Part shown: positions 8,757 through 15,784 of the stretch, in pieces
Position numbering within the stretch: position 1 is the stretch's first letter
Layout of the letters: every line of letters begins with the position of its first letter
NCBI GenBank assembly: GCA_035538255.1
Contig: DATLKS010000989.1
Coordinates: 1 to 30,734 of the forward strand
DNA length: 30,734 nucleotides
DNA from: Terriglobales bacterium
Lineage (GTDB): Bacteria > Acidobacteriota > Terriglobia > Terriglobales > Acidobacteriaceae
Direction: 5' to 3'
Notes under the pieces: generated by a model
The model's database searches: none
Seen by the model: only the letters and a program-made list of their open reading frames with translations
Told to the model about the DNA's origin: nothing
Position numbers and translations under genes: made by a program

Positions 8757-8828
8757 TGACGGGGTACGGGACACATGTGACAGGGACGCTTCCTGGCCCC
8801 TATCCCCTGTGAGCAGTACCCCTCGTCA
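8757..8828. repeat. Inverted heptamer-array element
   Basis: Left ACGGGGT ACGGGAC ACATGTG ACAGGGA; right CTGGCCC CTATCCC CTGTGAG CAGTACC; outer arms TGACGGGGTAC / GTACCCCTCGTCA. Confidence 0.6.
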
Positions 8829-8910
8829 TAACACTGCGTGAGCTGCCCGGTCGAGACAATCAGAAATGTAACCGAGTGCTTGAAATGGCATTAACTGGAG
8901 GGATTCGTTG

Positions 8911-9062
8911 GGAGGGTACAGGGGACAGATCACACGGAACAGAAGAACAGAACTTATCGAGGGCATCGTTTAAACAATCGAGGGCACCGTTTAAACATTC
9001 AGTACCGGAGGCCTCGACCGCTGCTGCCGCTGTTCGCTGTTCCCTGTCCCCTGTAACCTATA
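8911..9062. repeat. Inverted heptamer-array element
   Basis: ACAG/ACAC at 8918, 8925, 8932, 8939 and CTGT at 9030, 9037, 9044, 9051. GGGTACAGGGGACAG (8914-8928) is the reverse complement of CTGTCCCCTGTAACC (9044-9058) with one mismatch. Confidence 0.75.
8956..8997. repeat. 2 x 21-bp tandem direct repeat with GTTTAAAC palindromic core
   Basis: ATCGAGGGCATCGTTTAAACA followed by ATCGAGGGCACCGTTTAAACA (one mismatch). Confidence 0.85.
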
Positions 9063-9065
9063 GCC

Positions 9066-9998
9066 ATGCACGCGCATGTTCATGGGCCGGCGAGCACCTC
9101 AAAGCTCCTGCGCGTCGCTCTGCTGCTGACTCTGGGCTACATCGTTGTCACGATCGTTGCCGGGCTGAAGGCGCACAGCCTTGCCTTGCTCTCTGAAGCA
9201 GGACACAACGTCTCTGATTTCCTGGCGCTTTTGCTTTCCTGGGTCGCTGTGTACTTAGGTTCGCGGCCGCCGTCGTCCACCAAGACCTATGGCTATCATC
9301 GGGCCGGAGTACTGGCGGCGTTCGTGAACGCGGTCAGCCTTGTAATCATCGCAATCTACATATTCGTTGAGGCCGCCCACCGTCTTGTGAATCCCGTTGC
9401 TGTGCATGCGCGCATCATGATGATCGTCGCCGCAGCCGGAGTAGTGATGAACGGCGTAATCACCGTCATGCTGCGCGGCAGCAGCCACGACGTAAACGTC
9501 CGCAGCGCTTTCATTCACATGCTCGGCGACACGCTCTCGACGGCATCGGTGATTATTGGCGGCTGGGCAATCTTGTGGACTGGCCGGACGTGGATTGATC
9601 CTGCACTGTCGTTTGCTATTGCGGCGCTGATTCTATGGTCGTCGTTCGGAATCATCCGCGAGACGCTCAACATCCTGCTCGAAGGGACGCCCAAAGGCGT
9701 AAGCATGGAGCGCCTCGCCCAGGCCATGAAGCAGGTGGAAGGCGTGCGCGATGTTCACGATCTCCACGTGTGGAGCATTGGTTCGGAGATGCACGCCCTC
9801 TCCTGCCACATTGCGATTGCCGATATCCCGCCCTCGGCCAGCGAAGTGATCCTGCGCGATATCAGGGAGTGCCTCGCAACAGGGTTCCGCATACACCACA
9901 CCACAATTCAGTTCGAGCATGAGAAGTGCGACATCGCTCATGGTTGCGTGATGCCGGTCTCGATGGAGGAAGCTCATCATCAACACCATGAGCACTGA
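9066..9998 (+). CDS. Cation diffusion facilitator (CzcD/ZitB-like Zn/Co/Cd exporter)
   Basis: SLALLSEAGHNVSD, TYGYHRAGVLAAFVN, NVRSAFIHMLGD, VHDLHVWSI, HTTIQFE; His-rich termini. Confidence 0.92.
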   Translation: MHAHVHGPASTSKLLRVALLLTLGYIVVTIVAGLKAHSLALLSEAGHNVSDFLALLLSWVAVYLGSRPPSSTKTYGYHRAGVLAAFVNAVSLVIIAIYIFVEAAHRLVNPVAVHARIMMIVAAAGVVMNGVITVMLRGSSHDVNVRSAFIHMLGDTLSTASVIIGGWAILWTGRTWIDPALSFAIAALILWSSFGIIRETLNILLEGTPKGVSMERLAQAMKQVEGVRDVHDLHVWSIGSEMHALSCHIAIADIPPSASEVILRDIRECLATGFRIHHTTIQFEHEKCDIAHGCVMPVSMEEAHHQHHEH

Positions 9999-10007
9999 AG
10001 AGTGCTC

Positions 10008-10016
10008 TGCTACTCT
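10008..10016 (+). promoter_or_regulatory. Extended -10 of a probable leaderless promoter
   Basis: TGcTACTCT followed by 6 nt and then GTG 10023. Confidence 0.45.
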
Positions 10017-10022
10017 GTGCCT

Positions 10023-10301
10023 GTGAGCACGGAGATTCCCACTTATGTCACGACTATTGGCTTCGCTGCCGGAACGTTGACGACCATCTCATTTGTTCCT
10101 CAGCTCTTGAAGACGTGGCGAACACGGCAGACTCGGGATATGTCGGGATCGTGGCTTGCTTCCTTCATTGGCGGTCTCTCGCTGTGGCTCACCTACGGAC
10201 TGCTGAACCCGTCGATGCCAATTATCGTTGCGAACACAGCGAAGCTGCTGCTGACGCTCCCGATTCTCGTACTCAAGATCCACCATCGTGAACAGAAATG
10301 A
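10023..10301 (+). CDS. SemiSWEET / PQ-loop sugar transporter
   Basis: AGTLTTISFVPQLLKTWRTRQTRDMS, LWLTYG, PIIVAN; three TM helices. GTG 10023 preferred (track start 10002). Confidence 0.9.
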   Translation: MSTEIPTYVTTIGFAAGTLTTISFVPQLLKTWRTRQTRDMSGSWLASFIGGLSLWLTYGLLNPSMPIIVANTAKLLLTLPILVLKIHHREQK

Positions 10302-10357
10302 CAGACCCCGCGGAAGCCATTGAAGTAGTTGCCACGGACGGAGAGCGGCACGCGTGA
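10298..10357 (+). other. 19-codon bridging mini-ORF (MTDPAEAIEVVATDGERHA)
   Basis: ATG overlaps the SemiSWEET stop (ATGA); its TGA overlaps the next gene's start (GTGA / TGATG). Confidence 0.3.
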
Positions 10358-11688
10358 TGCGTGCTTCCATTCACAACTGGCGCCGACCCGTTCTCATGGT
10401 TTCGATCGGATTGCTCGCCCGCGAAATCGCGATCTTGGTGGGACACACCTATCGCATTTCCAGGCTGGAAGGAAGTTTTGGATTTGGCTGGGAGACAGGA
10501 CGCATTGCGCGCTCGATCGCACTGGGCCAGGGCTTCAGTTCACCCTTCGTCGCGGGCACCGGTCCCACAGCCTGGCTGGCGCCGATTTACCCGTACCTGC
10601 TCGCCGCAGTCTTCAAGATCTTCGGGATATATACAACCGCATCTGCAATCGTGATCTTGTCGATTAATTCAATTTTTTCGGCGCTCACCATTGTCCCAGT
10701 GTTTTACATTGCCAAGCGAACGTTTGGTCCACGCGCGGCATGGTGGTCAGGATGGCTCGCAGCATTATTTCCATACGCCTGGTATTGGGCCATTAAATGG
10801 GCGTGGGAGACAAGCCTGGCCACGCTGCTACTCGCCTGCGTCTTCCTTCTTAGTCTGCGCATGGCTGGCATCGACTGGATAGGCCGTGACAAATGGGAGA
10901 TCACGCCGATCGCGCGCTGGCGGGATTGGCTGCCTTTTGGACTGCTGTGGGGACTTATTGCTCTGGTAAATCCATCCTTGCTGCTCTGGTTGCCTTTTGC
11001 CGGCCTATGGTTATTGGTTGTTCAGCTGAGGTCCGACAGAACCAAGGACCTATTGGCACAGGCACTGGTTTCAGGCTTGGTATTCGTTTCAGTGCTCAGT
11101 CCGTGGGTAATTCGCAATTATGTTGTCTTCCATCGCTTAATTCCGGTTCGTGGGAACTTCTGGGCTGAGCTGCGCATGGGCAATGCCGACGATGCCGTCG
11201 GACTCTGGCGTTTCTGGATGCATCCCAGCAGCAACGTACTCGAATTGAAAAAATATGAACAGATGGGCGAAGTGGGTTATGTGCAGATGAAAAAGCGCGA
11301 GGCGCTGGACTTCATCCGCGCCCATCCGGGAAAGTTCGCTAATTTGTGCCTACGGCGCGCGGTGTTTTTCTGGTACGGCACTCCGCGCGACACCGGAATG
11401 GAACTGCTGACCCAGAGCCGTAATCTCGGTTTTCTGCTTTCCTCGATTCTGGCCTTTGGCGGCTTAGGCGTGATGTGGCAACGGCATAACCCAGCGACAT
11501 TTCTATTCGCCTCTCTTTTGTTCGCGGCACCACTGATTTACTACGTAACTTTCCCGCATCCGCGTTATCGTGCTCCAATCGAACCGGAGATGATGATTCT
11601 AATGGTTGGATTGTTTCTTGCTGCCGAGCCGCGGCGGCGAAGATCGGTTGCTCGGCCAGCATTGCGCGAAGCGGAGCGCGCTGCCTGA
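10354..11688 (+). CDS. GT39/ArnT/PMT-like (GT-C fold) membrane glycosyltransferase
   Basis: FGFGWETGRIARSIALGQGFSSPF, PTAWLAPIYPYLLA, WETSLATLL, PWVIRNY, PRYRAPIEP; many TM helices. Confidence 0.8.
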   Translation: MMRASIHNWRRPVLMVSIGLLAREIAILVGHTYRISRLEGSFGFGWETGRIARSIALGQGFSSPFVAGTGPTAWLAPIYPYLLAAVFKIFGIYTTASAIVILSINSIFSALTIVPVFYIAKRTFGPRAAWWSGWLAALFPYAWYWAIKWAWETSLATLLLACVFLLSLRMAGIDWIGRDKWEITPIARWRDWLPFGLLWGLIALVNPSLLLWLPFAGLWLLVVQLRSDRTKDLLAQALVSGLVFVSVLSPWVIRNYVVFHRLIPVRGNFWAELRMGNADDAVGLWRFWMHPSSNVLELKKYEQMGEVGYVQMKKREALDFIRAHPGKFANLCLRRAVFFWYGTPRDTGMELLTQSRNLGFLLSSILAFGGLGVMWQRHNPATFLFASLLFAAPLIYYVTFPHPRYRAPIEPEMMILMVGLFLAAEPRRRRSVARPALREAERAA

Positions 11689-12446
11689 TGGAAATCGTTC
11701 CCTCTCAAAGGTTCGCCATCGATGCACGCAAACCTCTGCGACGCTTGTCGATCGTGCTCCCCGTGTATAACGAAAAGGAGACGGTCGCAACCACTGTGGA
11801 ACGCGTGCTCCAGGCGAACACGCTATTGGAACACGAACTGGTAGTCGTAGATGACTTTTCCCGAGATGGAACCAGAGAGATGCTGCCGGATTTGGTACAG
11901 CATCTACGAACGAAGTTCGGCGCGCGAATTGAGCTGGTCATGCACGAGCACAATCAAGGAAAGGGAGCAGCGCTCAGGACCGGTTTTAAGCACGCTACGG
12001 GAGACATTATCCTGGTCCAGGACGCTGATCTCGAATACGATCCTCGCGATTATCCTCAACTACTCGAGCCGATCCTGGAAGGTTTCGCCGACGTCGTGTT
12101 CGGCAACCGCTTTCACGGTGGCTCTCATCGCGTACTTTATTTCTGGCACTATCTCAGCAATCAGGCCCTGACGTTCTTCTGCAACATGCTGTGCAATCTC
12201 AACCTTACCGATATGGAAGTGGGTTACAAAGTTTTTCGCCGCGAGGTGCTGAACGCAGTTCAATTTCGCAGCAATCGTTTCGGCTTCGAACCTGAATTTA
12301 CCGTCAAAGTCGCGCGCCTGGGCTGCCGCATTTACGAAGTTCCAATTCGATACCACGGACGGACCTACGAAGAAGGCAAGAAAATTACCTGGCGGGATGG
12401 CATCGCGGCGATCTGGCACATCCTGAGATTCCGGTTCTTCGAATGA
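11688..12446 (+). CDS. GT2 glycosyltransferase, polyprenol-phosphate glycosyltransferase (DPM1/ArnC-like)
   Basis: LSIVLPVYNE, VVVDDFSRDGT, NQGKGAALRTG, QDADLEYDP, DMEVGYKVF, FGFEPE, GKKITWRDG; TGATG coupling to the upstream gene. Confidence 0.92.
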   Translation: MEIVPSQRFAIDARKPLRRLSIVLPVYNEKETVATTVERVLQANTLLEHELVVVDDFSRDGTREMLPDLVQHLRTKFGARIELVMHEHNQGKGAALRTGFKHATGDIILVQDADLEYDPRDYPQLLEPILEGFADVVFGNRFHGGSHRVLYFWHYLSNQALTFFCNMLCNLNLTDMEVGYKVFRREVLNAVQFRSNRFGFEPEFTVKVARLGCRIYEVPIRYHGRTYEEGKKITWRDGIAAIWHILRFRFFE

Positions 12447-13471
12447 GCGCAGCTCCGCAAAAGGTGCGCGTGGCCGTTGTCGGCTGCGGTGTATTCGGGC
12501 GAAATCATGCGCGCGTCTATCGCCAGCTTGAGCACGATGGCAGCGGCATCGAATTCGTTGGCGTAGTTGATACGCAGGCAGAGAGAGCCAAGGCTATTGC
12601 GCAAGAGTTTGCTACTGAAGCGTTCTCTTCAGTCGCGGATTTGAAAAACAACATTGACGCTGCATCTGTAACCGTGCCCACTGTAGATCACCTTGCAGTA
12701 GCCCGAGAGCTCATGCAGGCCGGCGCGGACGTTCTTGTCGAAAAACCGGTTGCTGCCTCCCTGGCGCAGGCCGATGAGCTGATTGCTCTTTCGAGACGCT
12801 ATAACCGGATCGTCCAGGTAGGACACCTTGAGCGATTTAATCCTGCAGTGCTGGCGACTATACCCATTGTGACGCAACCGATGTTTTTCGAGGTCCATCG
12901 CTTAAGCGTGTTTACTCCTCGCTCGCTCGACGTCGATGTAGTGATGGACTTGATGATTCACGATCTGGATGTTGTGTTGTCGCTGGTAAAGGATCCGGTG
13001 GGTGAGATACGCGCTGTGGGACTTGCTGTAATCAGCGACAAAGTGGATATCGCCAATGTGCGACTCGAGTTCGAGAACGGATGCGTTGCGAATTTGACCG
13101 CCAGCCGCGTGAGCACAGAAAAAGTGCGCAAGCTGCGCTTCTTTCAGCCGCAGCAGTACATTTCCATCGATTACGCTCGGCAAGACGTAATTAGCATTCG
13201 TGTCGACGAGCGTGCGGCAGCAGCCCTACTCAGGGGCCAGACAGTGCCTGAGATGAGTGGCCCCGCGCCCGGCGTCGCGGTCGATAAGCCCAAAGTGGAA
13301 CCCAAGGAACCCTTGCGGACGGAGATTGAGGCGTTCCTAGAGTCGGTTCGCAGTCGCCAGAAACCTCGCGTTTCGCTCGAGGATGGGCGGAGGGCGCTGG
13401 ACTTGGCTCTGAAAATCAACGCCGCCATTGACGCCCATCACAGCCGTGCCGGCCTGGCACATATCGGATAA
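12443..13471 (+). CDS. Gfo/Idh/MocA oxidoreductase, GnnA-like
   Basis: VAVVGCGVFG, VLVEKPVA, QVGHLERFNP, DVDVVMDLMIHDLD, DIANVRLEF, ANLTASRVS; ATGA overlap with the GT2 gene. Confidence 0.85.
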   Translation: MSAAPQKVRVAVVGCGVFGRNHARVYRQLEHDGSGIEFVGVVDTQAERAKAIAQEFATEAFSSVADLKNNIDAASVTVPTVDHLAVARELMQAGADVLVEKPVAASLAQADELIALSRRYNRIVQVGHLERFNPAVLATIPIVTQPMFFEVHRLSVFTPRSLDVDVVMDLMIHDLDVVLSLVKDPVGEIRAVGLAVISDKVDIANVRLEFENGCVANLTASRVSTEKVRKLRFFQPQQYISIDYARQDVISIRVDERAAAALLRGQTVPEMSGPAPGVAVDKPKVEPKEPLRTEIEAFLESVRSRQKPRVSLEDGRRALDLALKINAAIDAHHSRAGLAHIG

Positions 13472-13601
13472 GCGGCGGAGGAGGTCCCAAGGCATACGCC
13501 AATGGGCTACAGGAATGGCGCGTATTCCGCGCTACGCAACTGATAAAGACAAATCGGCTCAGCACACCAGCCGGATGTAGAGTTCCCGCAGCGTGTATGA
13601 A

Positions 13602-13901
13602 TTAGCGGTGGACTGTCATCGCGGGTGATGCGCTAGTTTGTGCTTGCTGCGGGTGTGGACGGGTTTGGTCTGCAGCGGCCGGCGGCACTGCGCTGCCTTG
13701 TTGCGTGTTCTCCGGAGCTGGCGCCCGGTCAGCAACACTCTGCTTATTGGTGGTTTCTGGTCCACCTCCTGCCGGCGTTTTCACTTCGCGCGCCTGCTGT
13801 TCCGATTTTGAGGCGTTGGGTTCCGGCGCCGCGCGGTAATTGCAGGCGACTGAAAAACCGAGCAATGTCGAGATGGCCAGGCTGGAGATCAGCTTCTTCA
13901 T
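13602..13901 (-). CDS. Small Pro/Ala/Gln-rich lipoprotein, unknown function
   Basis: MKKLISSLAISTLLGFSVA-C lipobox-like signal; GAGG SD upstream; disordered body. Confidence 0.65.
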   Translation of the reverse strand: MKKLISSLAISTLLGFSVACNYRAAPEPNASKSEQQAREVKTPAGGGPETTNKQSVADRAPAPENTQQGSAVPPAAADQTRPHPQQAQTSASPAMTVHR

Positions 13902-13978
13902 AGGCACCCTCTCGTTCAGAGAGTTATCCCGATGGAATGGGATGCCTCTGAAGGTTTTCGCCGCCCCTGGAGGAACAA

Positions 13979-14005
13979 CAAAAAGGCCGCCCCAAAAGGG
14001 CGGCC
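13979..14005 (-). terminator. Intrinsic terminator after the 14028-15008 gene
   Basis: GGCCGCCC/GGGCGGCC stem, 5-nt loop, then TTTTTGTT on the minus strand. Confidence 0.8.
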
Positions 14006-14027
14006 GTTGAATCAGAGGAAGAAGAAC

Positions 14028-15008
14028 TTATTGCTGGTTCACCTGCAGGAGCATTTGCGTTCCGCTGTCGAGCTTTACGTCTTTACCAGTCGACGTGATT
14101 ACCGAACCGGTGGTGCTGTTCGAAGCAGCGCTGCTGAGCGAGAGACCGTTGAGGCCGATCACGCCCTGACTCTGCGAAGTGAGTTGGCCGGTTGCGCCGC
14201 GAGCTGTGCCACCCACAGCACTGCCGGCATTGGCTCCAACACCAGCGGCGGTGTTGCCCACGCCGCTGACCGCGCCACCCGCCGTGCTGCCCACGGTGCT
14301 GGTTGCACCGCCTACAGCACCACCTGCTCCGCCAAGCAATCCGCCGCCCCCTCGCGCCGCCGGAGCTGCTGCTGATATGTCTCCGCCTGCCGACGAGCTG
14401 CCCGCTGCCCCAAGGGTATCGTCGCCCATCGATGTTGACGCGCTGTTCGCGGACGCAGCCAGAGCTCTGATGCTTGCGTTCAGCGGGACTTCCTGACCGT
14501 TGCGAAGGATCGCGCGATCAAAAGCAATGCCGAGCGCCGACTCGGAGTCACCCTTCGCCTTTGCCTTTGCGTCGGTAACGTGACCGACCAGACGCGATCC
14601 ACGAGGAATCACAACTCCCGAATCAGATCGGACATCCTGAGTCGTCTTCGCCATTACCTGATCGCCCGACTTTGCCTTACGAGCGTCAAGCTGCTTGCTG
14701 AGCGTTGCGGGAATCGTAGTGCCCGCCGCCAATGATCCAGTACCGCTTGTGCTGGCCGAATTCCCGTTTGCGGAAGCTGAGCTATCGTTGCTTGCGCTGC
14801 CGTTTGCATTGGCGTTGCTGCCGCGACGCCTGTGGCCGGCTTGCGCGCCGGCATCCACCGAAGAATTTGAATTTACATTAGCGTTTGACTGACCAGCCTG
14901 CACGCTGGTGCTGGTGTTGGCAGAGCCGCTTGCCTGCGCACCCGTCTGCGCTGCCGCTCCCAGACTGAAGAGACTCACTGTCGCAATCGCAATCCAAAAC
15001 TGTTTCAT
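14028..15008 (-). CDS. Secreted Ala/Gly/Ser/Asn-rich protein with a central TrbI/VirB10-like beta domain
   Basis: Signal peptide; low-complexity N region; GTTIPATLSKQLDARKAKSGDQV...VIPRGSRLVGHV; Gly-rich 11-mer repeats; SD AAGGAG. Domain assignment is by resemblance only. Confidence 0.75.
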   Translation of the reverse strand: MKQFWIAIATVSLFSLGAAAQTGAQASGSANTSTSVQAGQSNANVNSNSSVDAGAQAGHRRRGSNANANGSASNDSSASANGNSASTSGTGSLAAGTTIPATLSKQLDARKAKSGDQVMAKTTQDVRSDSGVVIPRGSRLVGHVTDAKAKAKGDSESALGIAFDRAILRNGQEVPLNASIRALAASANSASTSMGDDTLGAAGSSSAGGDISAAAPAARGGGGLLGGAGGAVGGATSTVGSTAGGAVSGVGNTAAGVGANAGSAVGGTARGATGQLTSQSQGVIGLNGLSLSSAASNSTTGSVITSTGKDVKLDSGTQMLLQVNQQ

Positions 15009-15058
15009 ACGATCGTTTTCTCCTTGCTGACTCGGAATGTAGATTGAAGGTCTCGCAG

Positions 15059-15490
15059 CTATTTGGCTGCGCGCTCGCTTGTGGTGCGCGAGTCGGTGTT
15101 GATCAGCTGCATCGACGTTACCGAATATTCCCGCTCTTTACCATCAAGCTCAGGCACGGCCAGCAGCAGTTTGTCCTTCTTGATCCGAAATTCCGCTCGC
15201 TCGCCGACCGGTAGCAGGACAGGATGCTTCTCGTCGTGCGGACGAATACGATACATCACCCGCTCGGTTTTCAGCACGTACTCCTGACAAAGCATCTCGC
15301 GCGATTTCTTGTGCGCTCCGTCGGTACCCAGAATCTCTCCCGCGAAGCTCTTGCCGCTGTTTTCGTCAACTCCAAATGACACCGCATCCATGTTGGAGAT
15401 GATGCCTGTTTGATGGAACACCGGCTCGTCTTTTGCCAAAGCAAACGAGCAAAACATCAGAACAGCACAGATTGCAAAGAATGACTTCAT
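15059..15490 (-). CDS. Secreted hypothetical protein (143 aa)
   Basis: Signal peptide (CSFALA-K); strong SD GAGGAGG; beta-rich globular composition. Confidence 0.78.
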   Translation of the reverse strand: MKSFFAICAVLMFCSFALAKDEPVFHQTGIISNMDAVSFGVDENSGKSFAGEILGTDGAHKKSREMLCQEYVLKTERVMYRIRPHDEKHPVLLPVGERAEFRIKKDKLLLAVPELDGKEREYSVTSMQLINTDSRTTSERAAK

Positions 15491-15517
15491 GGCGCCTCCT
15501 CAAAACAGAAGGCAAAA

Positions 15518-15534
15518 TGCAGAATCTGTGCCAA
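15518..15534 (-). promoter_or_regulatory. Sigma-54 (-24/-12) promoter
   Basis: TTGGCACAGATTCTGCA: GG-N10-GC with TGGCAC core, 27 nt upstream of ATG 15490. Confidence 0.7.
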
Positions 15535-15710
15535 TTCGAGAGTAGATGCGGAAAACAGAGTAGCTGGTTGTTTTTCAGAGACTTAGGACTGTAACGACAG
15601 ACCGGGCATGGCGGATAGTAACTGGGAAAATCTGACCAGCAAGTGTAGAAATGCAAGCGTTACTTCCGTTAGGGAGCGATTGAGGCAAATGGTTGCTTGG
15701 GAAAGACATT

Positions 15711-15784
15711 AGGTTAAGCAGAACAGGCTGTCATTGCCTGCTTTTCGCTGTTCCCGGCAACCTCTCGCCTGTAACCTGTTCCCT
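15711..15784. repeat. Inverted heptamer-array element overlapping the rhomboid 3' end
   Basis: CTTTTCG CTGTTCC CGGCAAC CTCTCGC CTGTAAC CTGTTCC (15741-15782), with a short opposing arm AGGTTAAGCAGAACAGG (15711-15727). Confidence 0.65.

Noticed and set aside
8516-8776. 86-aa and overlapping short ORFs upstream of rpoD, including 8876-9196
   Set aside because: No RBS or motifs; they partly translate heptamer repeats; no dnaG similarity seen.
8956-8997. GTTTAAAC repeats as a mini-CRISPR or sigma-54 site
   Set aside because: Units are directly adjacent with no spacer and no cas genes; GG-N10-GC is not satisfied.
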